Positions 26,341 to 39,488 of a stretch of DNA of 64,000 nucleotides are shown piece by piece (the stretch's first letter is position 1; every line of letters begins with the position of its first letter). The notes beneath the pieces were generated by a model. The model was not told where the DNA came from and searched no databases. It saw nothing but the letters and a program-made list of their open reading frames with translations. The DNA is from Octopus bimaculoides (Eukaryota): positions 134,561,038 to 134,625,037 of the forward strand of contig NC_068984.1 of the NCBI RefSeq assembly GCF_001194135.2, written 5' to 3'. Made by a program: the position numbers and the translations under genes.

Positions 26341-26927
26341 TGATTATTCGCAAATATTTTCTAACCAGCTTTATATCTTTTAACACACACATGTGCACAC
26401 ATGTATTAACATAAGATATATACATACAAATGCAGAAATATACATTGATACACGCACGAACACACACGAACACACACAAATTATTACTCCGATTATAGCG
26501 GCTGTGAATACTACTTTGAGCTTGATATTTTCCCGTCAAAATTCGAATACTGCGCATAAACTTTCAATTGACTGCGGTACACTGCACCACCGCGCACATA
26601 GATATGGAAAAATAATTGTTTCTGATTTAGTCACAAGGCATAACAATTTTGAGATGAGTAAACCCTCGGTATCATCGATGTCAGTACACGATTGGTTCTT
26701 TATTATATCCACCCGGGAAAGATGGAGGCTAAGATGTCCTTGGTGTCATTTGAACTCAAAATGTGCAGAATTAGAATAAGAAGCGAAAAATAGCGCAATT
26801 ATAATCTTCAANNNNNNNNNNGATATAATAAAGAACCAATCGTGTACTGACATCGATGATACCGAGGGTTTACTCTTCTCAAAATTGTTGTGTCTTGTGA
26901 CTAAATCAGAAACAATTATTTTTCCAA

Positions 26928-26961
<34 letters not shown>

Positions 26962-26964
26962 TTT

Positions 26965-27110
26965 ATGCTCTCGTAACTTGGCGGTTCGGCAATATAAAAC
27001 GATAAATACCAAACTTAAAATATAAACGCTGGGCTCGATCTGTTTGAAAAAATCCTTCAAGGTCGTGCACCAGTGCAGCTGCTGTTCAATGACTGAAACA
27101 AGTAAAACAT
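26965..27110 (+). mobile_element. 3' half of SINE type A following (TA)n
   Basis: CGTAACTTGGCGGTTCGGC...ATGACTGAAACAAGTAAAA. Confidence 0.8.
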
Positions 27111-27139
27111 ATTGGATAAAAGATTGTGGTTATGCATCG

Positions 27140-27790
27140 AATTCCTAATAAAACTTAATTGATAAAGGAAGATAAATTGCAATCTAGACACCAAATGACT
27201 AATGACCGTTTGAAACTTGTATTAGGTGGTAACGTTGCTGATGTTTTAAAATTAAAATCAGTTTTAATCTTGCGATCAGAAAAATCTAAGTGCACTTAAA
27301 GTATTCAAACAAGATTGGGAATTGAAGCTTGGCTTAAAATAATCATTATTTGAAGATTGATTCAAGACTTGGTTCTGAGGCGAAGCCAAATGATATTATA
27401 AGTTTATACATTTACATTCTCAAATTTTATCAATTTTGGGAAATGCGCCGTGTGAACCAACTGCAGTTGTTAGTGATTTATGGTGTCATGTTGCGGTTGT
27501 ATTTTTATGTAAAACTTTGTCCAGATCCTCGCGCAAAAAGCAGAAGAAAATGCAACGGACCATAAAGACTTTGGGAAGAATTGTAACATAAGGTATTCAT
27601 TAGAAAATATAGATGATGGATGGCGCGAGGTAACTGTCAGCCATATGAGATCTGCTTGGAAAAATATAATTCTTCACTACGCAAATAATTTTGGTGGATT
27701 CGGGGTTAAATTTACAGCGGTAGCTGGAATCACACAATTCCACTTGGTTTACACCTGAGAATGTCGAAAATAGACGACAGTTATGTCAGA
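27140..27790 (+). mobile_element. Decayed Tigger/pogo DDE transposase fragment
   Basis: NDRLKLVLGGNVADVLKLKSVLILRSE (cf. Tigger [27 protein letters not shown]) and DFGKNCNIRYSLENIDDGWREVTVSHMRSAWKNIILHYANNFGGF (cf. FWKGFTILDAIKNIRDSWEEVKISTLTGVWKKL...DDFEGF); stops and frameshifts present. Confidence 0.8.
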
Positions 27791-28366
27791 GAATTACTTG
27801 ACACGCGTGGTGTGGACTTCAAATATATTTAGAAGTTTTGAAGATGGAATGCTTATGATAACGGATGCCAGTCGGAAAGCAGAGAGAAGGAGAAAAAAAA
27901 AAGAGAGGGAGATGGTGAGAGAAAGAGTGCGAGGATAGAATGAGAGGGAGAGAGTACAAGTCAACAGGTAAGCTGAAATTAAACTCAGCTGCAGCAGGAT
28001 CACACACAAAGAGAAGAAAAAAATATTATTTAAACAAATACACTTTTCTTTGCAGTTTTAAAAAGAAGCAATAAAAAGACATTTTGTTTGCGGAGGTATG
28101 CTGCTGCACGTGAATACATTTGCAAATTTGAAAAGTACGCTCATTTCATCTATCTTATATTTTATTTATAACAATTTGCTTTATATGCTTTTTTCTTTTC
28201 CATGAGGTATTTCCAGAATTGACGAATGTAGTGTTACGAGTACAACAAAATATATTTTGGTGCATTCACTATTTTTAATACTTTAAAACATAACGACACT
28301 CGGACCAAACTGTTATAAACTGATCCGACTATGTGCCCATGAACAGATGACTCTAGGACACACGCA

Positions 28367-28407
<41 letters not shown>

Positions 28408-28408
<1 letters not shown>

Positions 28409-28625
28409 GGCGGCGAGCTGGCAGAAACGTTAGCATGCCGGGCGAATCGTCTGCCGCTACGTTCTGAGTTCAAATTCCGCCGAGGTCGACTTTGCCTTTC
28501 ATCCTTTTGGGGTCGATTAATTAAGTACCAGTTACGCACTGGGGTCGATATAATCGACTTAATCCCTTTGTCTGTCCTTGTTTGTCCCCTCTATGTGTAG
28601 CCCCTTGTGGGTACTAAAGAAATAA
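28408..28625 (+). mobile_element. SINE type B, well preserved, with Tx1-like tail
   Basis: GGCGGCGAGCTGGCAGAAACGTTAGC head, B-box GAGTTCAAATTCC, central GTCGACTTTGCCTTTCATCC block (resembles the Deu/Nin conserved SINE domain, from memory), tail CTTGTGGGTACTAAAGAAATAA. Confidence 0.92.
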
Positions 28626-29065
28626 CAGACACATAGAGCTCCCCACAGCCCCCACACCCATGTATGCATGTTTTTCATGCGTGTGTGATGGGTGTAGTTT
28701 GATTTTAATCAATGCTATTGCTTCATTGTTCCCTTAAAGCAAAGCGGATGTAATTTTTCAGTTCATCTAGTGACCTAAACTCATTTGCACAAATGTGGTA
28801 GCGACGAACGCTGCAGCAGGTGGTCAAGGTTACCACCCACGCCTTCATTCCATCATTGAGTTTGTTATAGCATGTCTTTTGATCGATTAAAAAGATGAAA
28901 GAATAAAAACCGGATTTGAAATAAGTACTGAGTCGATTTGTTCTACGTACCTTACAAGGACATGCGCAGGTAGGCTTGAAATTGAACGACTGAGACATAT
29001 AAAAGGGCCAAAAAAATGTATACATGATACCTGCATACATTCATTACATACATACATACATACAC

Positions 29066-29471
29066 TTTCTTTTACTCTCTTTTACTTGTTTCAGTCATTT
29101 GACTGTGGCCATGCTGGAGCACCGCCTTTAGTCGAGCTAATCGACCCCAGCTAATCGACTCATTCTTTGTAAGCCTAGTACTTATTCTATCGGTCTCTTT
29201 TGCCGAACCGTTAAGTTACGGGGACATAAACACACCAGTATCGGTTGTCAAGCAATGCTAGGGGGACAAACACAGACATACAAACACACACACACACACA
29301 TATATATACATATATACGACGGGCTTCTTTCAGTTTCCGTCTACCAAATCCACTCACAAGGCTTTGGTCGGCCCGAGGCTATAGTAGAAGACATTTGCCC
29401 ACTTACGCAGTGGGAATGAATCCGGAACCATGTGGTTGGTAAGCAAGCTACTTACCACACAGCCACTCCTA
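29066..29471 (-). mobile_element. Full-length SINE type A
   Basis: Reverse complement of 14143-14554 with a small internal deletion. Confidence 0.92.
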
Positions 29472-30014
29472 TGTCTATACATGCATATATAATACATATA
29501 ACGTTTGAATTTAAGTTTTATATTTGGTTTGCATTTATAATTATATTTCATCCTTAAATAGTTAAAAAAATGTTTTGAATACTCACAAAGTAAAACACTA
29601 TAATAATCTTCATTACTGAATACATCTCACTTTCATTATACTGAAAAATAATACTACCTCTACAATATATTCGTATTTCTTATTCATTTAATTAGTACAT
29701 TAACACATTTAAACACAATAAATACATATACAAAGTAGTAATAATTAAAGGTACTAACAGGCAGTACAGGCATGCTGTCGTAGCGGTCAAAATGACCAAG
29801 CCACGACAAATGAATAAAACCCCTAATAACCCGTACCAGTGACGAACATGATCGAAAATAGAAAAGTCAGACGTATCCGTATCGCCGTGATTTCGAACTT
29901 TGAGAAATACCCTTAGTTCATCTTCAGCGATTCTTATTGACCCCGGGATGTATAGTTTATTCATCTCAACTAATGTGAGCGATGACAGTTTTTAATGCCG
30001 CAGTAGTAGATTTG

Positions 30015-30054
<40 letters not shown>

Positions 30055-30324
30055 CTCTCACATGCGTGCTAATTCTCCGCCTTTTGGCAATACTAGGCAC
30101 TAACCAAACTTGTTTAAAGCAAACCCATATATACAGAAAAGCAACATGCGTGTGTACGCATATATAAGGGTACACGGATTTGAATACATTTGCTATATGG
30201 TGGATTAGTATATGTATTAGTATGTGTATGCTGTATATGAGCATGGACACAGGTGTGTATTAAAGGTGACATTCCTATCAATGAGATGCTATTTTATCTG
30301 GTATCTTTTACCTTTTATCGTGTA

Positions 30325-30676
30325 CTTTTTTTACTCATTGAAGTCCGACGATCACGTTGGGTCACCGACTTGATGGGTTTTAGTCAAACAAATTAACACC
30401 AATATTTTCTTTAAAAATCCACTACTTATTTCATCATTTTCTTTTGCTGAACTGCCAAGTTACTCGGACGTAAACAAACCAACACCAGTTGTCAAGTGAT
30501 GAGGTGGAACAAACACATACATATACACAGACATAGATACATATACACACACGCATATGCGACGGATTTCCACACAGTTTCCGTCTAACAAATTCACGTA
30601 CACGGTGCCGTGTGGTGGGACAGAACCTGAAACTACCTGGTTTCAAAGCGAGCTTTTTAACCGCACAGGCATACCT
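30325..30676 (-). mobile_element. Diverged SINE type A
   Basis: GCCAAGTTACTCGGACGTAAACAAACC...CAGTTTCCGTCTAACAAATTCAC motifs. Confidence 0.8.
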
Positions 30677-30859
30677 GTCTCAAAATTTTAACCAGCTTGC
30701 CATGCCTATGATTCCTATGAAACAAATGCGATTATCGCTACATGGATGGGGGTGGGTTCTTTTCTTTGATGAAATTAAGTCACAGAATTCGGTTTTGTCA
30801 ACGAAACCTCAGGTGTGAGATGAGGGCATCAGTATGTCAGCACCCACTTACCTGGTTAC

Positions 30860-30937
30860 CTACGTACCGACATAACTATCGACCTACCTATTCTACCTAC
30901 CTACCTACCTACCTACCTACCTAACCTAGCTACCTAC
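30860..30937. repeat. (CCTA)n microsatellite with degenerate flanks
   Basis: Directly visible. Confidence 0.9.
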
Positions 30938-31379
30938 GTGTATACCGGTTTAGCAACCGACGCCTACACATTATCCTATTCAAGAATCACATGACTACAG
31001 AAAGGCAGTTGGTAACCTAGTGATGGTAGAGGGAGGAGTCTGGAGGAGGAGGAGAAGGAAGTGGAGGACACTATAAAATTTATTCAATATAATACTAACC
31101 CACTCATTGATTCAGTGATTCATTCATATTATTCCGTCCTTCGGTCATTCATCAAGCCATTCATTCAGTCATTCACTGATTCATTCATAGTCTTTCTTCC
31201 CTTCTTCTTCTTCTCCTTTCTTTCTTTTCTTTTTTTTTCTTTTTCATACATTCGATTTTATCTTGATTAGAACATTCGTATTCATTGATTTTTACTATCT
31301 GACCTGTTAATCAAGACCTTATATATATAGTCAGCGGTTAATCAAGGTCTTATATACATTCAACGGTTCATGCCTAGGC

Positions 31380-31770
<391 letters not shown>

Positions 31771-32655
31771 GTGTTTTATTTTATGTTATTTTAGCATTAT
31801 CTCACCAATACATGATGAGATGGTTGCAAACCTAGAAACAAAACGTTTCCATTGGAATTTAGACACATCAGCTTGAAAGTCACGTATGCATGTGCTTAAG
31901 TCTGTATGTATACATGTCTGTAGACATACATAAATATATATATATATATATATATANNNNNNNNNNNNNNNNNNNNNNNNNNNNNNNNNNNNNNNNNNNN
32001 NNNNNNNNNNNNNNNNNNNNNNNNNNNNNNNNNNNNNNNNNNNNNNNNNNNNNNNNNNNNNNNNNNNNNNNNNNNNNNNNNNNNNNNNNNNNNNNNNNNN
32101 NNNNNNNNNNNNNNNNNNNNNNNNNNNNNNNNNNNNNNNNNNNNNNNNNNNNNNNNNNNNNNNNNNNNNNNNNNNNNNNNNNNNNNNNNNNNNNNNNNNN
32201 NNNNNNNNNNNNNNNNNNNNNNNNNNNNNNNNNNNNNNNNNNNNNNNNNNNNNNNNNNNNNNNNNNNNNNNNNNNNNNNNNNNNNNNNNNNNNNNNNNNN
32301 NNNNNNNNNNNNNNNNNNNNNNNNNNNNNNNNNNNNNNNNNNNNNNNNNNNNNNNNNNNNNNNNNNNNNNNNNNNNNNNNNNNNNNNNNNNNNNNNNNNN
32401 NNNNNNNNNNNNNNNNNNNNNNNNNNNNNNNNNNNNNNNNNNNNNNNNNNNNNNNNNNNNNNNNNNNNNNNNNNNNNNNNNNNNNNNNNNNNNNNNNNNN
32501 NNNNNNNNNNNNNNNNNNNNNNNNNNNNNNNNNNNNNNNNNNNNNNNNNNNNNNNNNNNNNNNNNNNNNNNNNNNNNNNNNNNNNNNNNNNNNNNNNNNN
32601 NNNNNNNNNNNNNNNNNNNNNNNNNNNNNNNNNNNNNNNNNNNNNNNNNNNNNNN

Positions 32656-32688
<33 letters not shown>

Positions 32689-33412
32689 TATCAACATATA
32701 TATATATATGTATAACTTCTGAACTGTACATGTGTGTGTATGTTGGTGTGCTTGTCTATGTATGCATGGATAGCTGGATGTATATATGTGTGTGCGTATG
32801 TGCGTGTGCGTGTCTGAGTGTGTCTGCAGTTCATACTTTTATAATGCTATAATAATTTGTTGTACATGGAAACCAATCACACATGTGGAAAGTAGTGACC
32901 AAAAGCTGTGGCTCTTTATTTCGGTGATAAAAGAGAAACGAAGAGGAAAGACAATCCATTAAAACTTGTTAGACAGTGGAGTAAAATCTAGCGATAAAAT
33001 TGATTACACAGCACTGGTTTTCCTGAAATAAAAGCCAATAATTTTCATTAAATTAGATTTTTGTTTTAATAGCAGAAATGTAAAACTAAAAGATATTAGG
33101 CTCCTTCCTGGCAAAGTAGGCGACCAAAGTTTGAAATAGTGATATAGTATATCAGCCAGAATAGTATTTATCCAAATCTCTCTTGGGTCATTAACATGGC
33201 TGAATTTCTAAAGTGTTTCGTTTCAAAGACGGACAATGTAACCCCAATGCTGCAGCGCATGTAAAAAGCCAAGTTACAAAATCTCAATGGCGTCGACATT
33301 TTTAACAGAACTCAATAAACATAGTTTACTCGGTGCCAACCAATGCTTTACCGAATTAGGATATCAAATATTACATATTAAGGTACCTTAATTATTCGTC
33401 TATGGTAGTTTT

Positions 33413-33456
<44 letters not shown>

Positions 33457-34997
33457 NNNNNNNNNNNNNNNNNNNNNNNNNNNNNNNNNNNNNNNNNNNN
33501 NNNNNNNNNNNNNNNNNNNNNNNNNNNNNNNNNNNNNNNNNNNNNNNNNNNNNNNNNNNNNNNNNNNNNNNNNNNNNNNNNNNNNNNNNNNNTATACTTG
33601 AAAAATATCTGCACCTGCGTTTTATACAATGACAGTTTTATCAATGGAATCATGTTTGATTGAATAAGTTCAAAGATGGGTATCTATATGATCACTCAGC
33701 CTACTAGAAATAGTAGTCTAGACTTTTCCAAAGCATTTCATACTTGTTTTCACCCGAAAATAAGATGAGATTGTTGGAATGTGTTTCGCTCAGTGTTTTC
33801 TTGATCAGAACTAAAGTCTGTATTAACAACAAGAGCGAAAGTCGCCGAAACTATTCATGGGTTTAAAGATGGTGGTACGTTTTATGAACCCTTAATTTTG
33901 GCACTAAGTCACTGACTCTAGAGGATTAAAATACGCTGAATTAACTTCGATGAGGACATAAGCGAAAAGTAAACTAAGAATAACGGAAGACAAAAATGTT
34001 CAGTGAAAGATCTTTTACACACTTAAAGCTTAGAAAAGCATATTTTCCCGTCTTTTTGGCTCTTATGTTTATGAAAGAACTAAGCAAATCCTTTGGTTTC
34101 TTAGGGACTTTCTTAATCCTCTCCTAAATTGCATCTCATCTCCCTAGAAATCACTTGTAATTATCTGAAATTCCTCACCCTCTAGAACTATCTTATATTT
34201 TAAAGAATTTCTAACCATCACATTTCCTCTTTTAATATCGATCTCACTAAGAAATACCATTCGCCTGTTTCACCTTCGATAAAACGTGAACTTGCAGGAT
34301 ATGGACGGAAGTTCCCGCTTACAAAAAAAGACAAAGAAATGAAATGGTTAAGAAGTTTAAAATGATCTTAGGATAAATTATGATGAGCACTTCATGTACA
34401 CTTAAATTTGTATCTTACAATTCACCCCACTAACTAACAAAATAGAATGGAATAATACTTGCAGTGGAACTTGAAATTTATAATAATTTTTCTTGTATTG
34501 ATTAATCACATTTTATAAAGTTCTGACCTTCTGCGACAGTTATAAATTCCTAGAGTCATATTTGAATTGTAGTTTCGGTTCTCACATGAATTATTTTACT
34601 CAATTTGATTTCTGTATCTTTTCATTTGTTAGAAATGGTTAAATACTACTAACAATTTTCTTTTTTTTTTGCATTTCATGGAGAGTGTTGCAAGTCAAAC
34701 TGAAGACAGTGTTGCCTCGGCAACAAGACAATATTTTATAAATAATTTACTCAAGTTAAATTATTAATTTGACGAATCAAAATTGCAGTGTCTGGAGTGA
34801 ATGTATTATATAGATTCGTGTAAATAGTTCTTAATGAAGCAGACGTTCCATGTTGAGTGTTACCCAGAAGCAATCTGTCATCTGAAAATTAACCTTTTTC
34901 AATTCAATGATCAAAGTCACTTATCAAATTTGTCTTGATGTTAAACCATGTCATTTTAAAAGCTATTATATCTTTCCTTATGTAATCCATGCATGCA

Positions 34998-35310
34998 GTG
35001 GTGGTTGATAGGTAGAATCATTAGAGCGACGGACAAAAGACGTCGTGTTAATTGTTCCGGTCTTTTACGTTCTGAGTCCAAATACCGCCTAGGTCAAATT
35101 TGTCTCCCGTCCTTTCGGAGTCGATGTAATAAGATACAATGGTACGATTTAGCATTTAGCACCTTCCCTACCTATCAACAGGCTTAAATCACATCGCGGT
35201 CACTTTGCCTTTCATCACTCCAGAGTTGATAAAGTGCCACTGAAATACTGCGGTCGATTTGTTTGTTCTCCTTTACAAAATTTCATGCCTTGTTTCTATC
35301 TTACAAAGAA
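34998..35310 (+). mobile_element. SINE type B sequence (partly duplicated) ending in (ATT)n
   Basis: TTTTACGTTCTGAGTCCAAATACCGCC and TTTGCCTTTCATC motifs; ATT tail. Confidence 0.75.
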
Positions 35311-35340
35311 TTATTATTATTATTATTATTATCATTATTG

Positions 35341-35467
35341 ATTGAGAGAGCAGTGCATGCTATCAAAGTGACACTGGGGTAAAATATACGGAGCCCATTA
35401 TACCCATCATGACTACCCGTCTGATAAGGGTACACCAGGCACATGCATCACAACCACATGTGCGCGA
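35341..35467 (-). mobile_element. Probable non-LTR retroelement 3' UTR ending in (TAA)n
   Basis: Unique ~125-nt segment whose minus-strand end (GCACTGCTCTCTCAATC) runs straight into AATAATGATAATAAT. I recall it as a common octopod repeat tail (unverified). Confidence 0.55.
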
Positions 35468-36322
35468 CGACGACGACGACGACGGCGACGACGACCACGA
35501 CCACGGCGACGACGACGACGACGAAGGCGACGGCGACGACGATGACNNNNNNNNNNNNNNNNNNNNNNNNNNNNNNNNNNNNNNNNNNNNNNNNNNNNNN
35601 NNNNNNNNNNNNNNNNNNNNNNNNNNNNNNNNNNNNNNNNNNNNNNNNNNNNNGACGACGACGACCACCACCACCACCACCACATCAACAACAACAACAA
35701 CAGCAGCAGCAGCAGCAGCAGCGACCATTATGATGATGACGACGATGATGAATTCTATGGTATTGTTGTCAATAATTGTTATGGAAGGACAATCCTCATC
35801 TTTTGTAATATGGACGTCCGTCAGTTGCACAGCGCACGATAAAAACTGTTGCAGACAAAATACGGATTATTAGAGGAATTGATATGAGTTTCGGATTAGA
35901 AAAATTGTGCCGGTGCAACTTTGAAGACAGGGAAAACAATTAAGAGCACTAATATCGTACTAAATTAAGAAGTAGAGATAAAAGAATTAGTCAGAGCATG
36001 CTTAGAAATACTTAAGACTCAATGGGAAGATGCAAAAATACATGTGAAAGAGAAGCTTACAAATAAATATAATAGACACATTAAATTAATACTTGAAACA
36101 ATGGTAAATACATAAGATAAAAATAGTAATATTATAGTTGTCCCAGTAATATATTTTAGCTATGGCGTTCTCAATTGGATGAAATAGCAGGTAAGACATA
36201 ATGAGGTACAATCAGAACAAATCAATATTAAACACAACCCGGTAGTCCCTCCAAAATAATCCTTGCTACTATAGGCACAAGGCCTGGATTTTGTGGGGAG
36301 GCGGGGACAGTCGATCATATTC

Positions 36323-37080
36323 TCTCTTTTACTCTTTTAATCTCTTACTTGTTTCAGTCTCTTGACTGTGGGCATGCTGGAGCGCCGCCTTTAGTCGAGC
36401 AAATCGACCCCAGGACTTTATTCTTTGGAAGCCTAGTACTCATTCTATCGGTCACTTTTGCCGAACCGCTAGGTTACGGGGACGTAAACATACCTGCATC
36501 GGTTGTCAAGCGATGTTGGGAGAACAAACACAGACACACAAACACATACACACATACATACATACATACACACACNNNNNNNNNNNNNNNNNNNNNNNNN
36601 NNNNNNNNNNNNNNNNNNNNNNNNNNNNNNNNNNNNNNNNNNNNNNNNNNNNNNNNNNNNNNNNNNNNNNNNNNNNNNNNNNNNNNNNNNNNNNNNNNNN
36701 NNNNNNNNNNNNNNNNNNNNNNNNNNNNNNNNNNNNNNNNNNNNNNNNNNNNNNNNNNNNNNNNNNNNNNNNNNNNNNNNNNNNNNNNNNNNNNNNNNNN
36801 NNNNNNNNNNNNNNNNNNNNNNNNNNNNNNNNNNNNNNNNNNNNNNNNNNNNNNNNNNNNNNNNNNNNNNNNNNNNNNNNNNNNNNNNNNNNNNNNNNNN
36901 NNNNNNNNNNNNNNNNNTATATATACGACGGGCTTCTTTCAGTTTCCGTCTACCAAATCCACTCACAAGGTTTTGGTCGGCCCGTGGCTATAGCAGAAGA
37001 CACTTGCCCAAGGTGCTACGCTGTGGGACTGAACCCGGAACCATGTGTTTGGTAAGCAAGGTACTTACCACACAGCCACT
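36323..37080 (-). mobile_element. Full-length SINE type A split by an N-gap at its internal microsatellite
   Basis: Both halves match 14143-14554. Confidence 0.9.
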
Positions 37081-37082
37081 CA

Positions 37083-37218
37083 TCGACCCCAGTCCAGTAT
37101 TGAACTGGTACTTGATTTATCGACCCCGAAAGGATGAAAGGCAAAGTCGACCTCGGCAGACGAAATGCCGCTAAACATTTGCCCTGGGTGCTAACGATTC
37201 TGCGAGTTCGCCGCCTTC
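37083..37218 (-). mobile_element. SINE type B fragment
   Basis: CGACCCCGAAAGGATGAAAGGCAAAGTCGACCTCGGC...GAGTTCGCCGCCTT. Confidence 0.85.
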
Positions 37219-37297
37219 AGTCCCACCAAATAATAATAATGAGTCTATTTAGACTATTACACACAAAATCTGTCATAGTAAAATTATATTTACCACA

Positions 37298-37652
37298 GTG
37301 AAGGCGCGTGGCTTAGTTAATTAGAGTATTCGGCTCACGATCGTGAGTTCGATTTCCGGCAGCATGTTGTGTCCTTGAGCAAGACACTTTATTTCACTTT
37401 GCTCCAATTCGCTCAGCAGGCAAAATCTGAGTTGTCCGTGTACGTCAAAGAGCCAACCACGTCATTGTCACATTCTGCGTCACGCTGACTCTCCTCGACA
37501 AATGTGTCAATGGAACGCGTCTGTGTGACGTCAGCTACTTGGACGTTAATATCACGAGTGGCTGTTCTGTTGATTGGATCAACGAGTAAGCTGTACTGTT
37601 GACTGGATCAACTGGAGCCCTGATCATCATAACCGACTGAGTGCCAGTTAAT
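37298..37652 (+). mobile_element. SINE type C
   Basis: GTGAAGGCGCGTGGC head, GAGTTCGATTTCC B box, GTGTCCTTGAGCAAGACACTT block; tail shared with 17719-18098. Confidence 0.82.
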
Positions 37653-37819
37653 ATGTACCACAGATGTAAAGAGGTGGAGGTCGGATACATATAGAAAACT
37701 ATTCTAACTGCAGGAATAACTGTATGATAAAAAGTTCCTCTTTCACTGTACGGAACCTTAGGCAAGTGCTTTCCACTATAAACACAGAACTATTAATCCC
37801 TTTATCAAGACACTTGAAA

Positions 37820-37947
37820 GGACCCATGAAAGGATGAAAGGAAGTTAAAGTCGACTCCGGCGGAATTTGAACTCAGAACGTAAAGACGGACGAAATGCAG
37901 AGAAGCATTTTGCACGGCGTGTTAACGATCCAACCAGCTCGCCGCCT
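37820..37947 (-). mobile_element. SINE type B 5' part
   Basis: AAAGTCGACTCCGGCGGAATTTGAACTCAGAACGTAAAGACG...CAGCTCGCCGCC. Confidence 0.85.
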
Positions 37948-37949
37948 TT

Positions 37950-37961
37950 AATAATAATATT

Positions 37962-38029
<68 letters not shown>

Positions 38030-38031
38030 TA

Positions 38032-38124
<93 letters not shown>

Positions 38125-38134
38125 GTGATGATGG

Positions 38135-38211
<77 letters not shown>
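37950..38211. repeat. (AAT)n then (GAT)n microsatellite
   Basis: Directly visible; source of the poly-I/poly-M ORF. Confidence 0.98.
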
Positions 38212-39406
38212 CGTACTGAAAGAATAAAAAGAAACATTTTAACTTTTATTACTTCACAAATATTACATGAGAGCAAACAGTTCCCGCAGTATATTCTTCG
38301 TCTTTTAAAAATATAAATTCAGAAGATTTTTTTTTTTTTCGTTGTTTTACAAATCCTTATTTATTCGAAGCGAGATTTTTGAGTTGATAGCATTTGTTTG
38401 AATGAATTCTTTATGTATGAGGCAATCCGCGATATTCCCCGAAACCCAATAGAATCTCTCTATAAAATATTGCATCTCTTATTTATAATTGCAGTGTACG
38501 ATAACTTTATAGCAGAAGAATACTGCGCAATTCCATTACATCTGCAAAATTTGTATATTACGTTTATTTCACCCTTGGGTAATATTATATGATATCTTTA
38601 TATCGATCTGTACAATATTTGACGCTTTCTCCTTTTCTTGTATTCTTCAAGAGTCACTCCATAGCACTCATGGGTTACTGGATGTATTATGTTGTACGAT
38701 ACTTCGCTAATTTAATCATTGAGGATGCAAAAATGAAGTTCACGTGAAAGCAATATGTGTTATAAAAGATCACGTTCTTCTTCACTAGCACTATATTTAA
38801 GCTAGAGACTTGATTCATTTAATAAACATTTTATTCTATAGATTCTATTGTACTTCCTTTTGCTGTTCTTTTGAGGAGTACTATTATTATAACCTATCAT
38901 GTAGTGGCGTCTACTGTTGTTTAATACTGTTACGAATATACAAAGGCACAATGCGCAACATTTTCTTTTTTCTTGTTGCTACGTGTACGTACAAATACGA
39001 TTACGAATATATCCGCCATATTTGTCTTATGTGAAATGGTATGTAACACTACTAAACAATTTTAAGTGGATTATTGTAGTCACTCTTGTTCTTTGTTTCT
39101 ACGTTGGACTTTGCTAGTGTTGACCCAGTGCAAAACAGTAATAGCTCCACTGTTTTTCAACTCAGCGAAATTTATAACAAGACAAGGATACCTTTTTCCG
39201 AATTAGATTTTTATTAATTTGGATATATTTACAAACGAAGTAATTGATCAATAATTTTGCATGGGATTCTTTGAAATTGCAAGTGAGCAGTTTCACGAGA
39301 TTTTGATTAGGTTTGCGTAACATTGGAGCAGATGATCTGGTTTCAAAATGAGGAATGGAGTCTGTTGAAGCTTGTAAAATTTGGATAACTAGTCAAATAT
39401 TTAGAT

Positions 39407-39410
<4 letters not shown>

Positions 39411-39484
<74 letters not shown>
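39411..39484. repeat. (CA)n microsatellite
   Basis: Directly visible. Confidence 0.98.

Positions 39485-39488
<4 letters not shown>

Noticed and set aside
26606-26925. 104-bp inverted repeat (26606-26709 vs 26822-26925, 3 mismatches)
   Set aside because: The second arm starts exactly at a 10-N scaffold gap, so it is most likely an alternative haplotype or contig end joined in reverse.
30853-30866. ACTTACCTGG resembling the U1 snRNA 5' end
   Set aside because: Sequence diverges immediately and lies in a (CCTA)n-derived tract.
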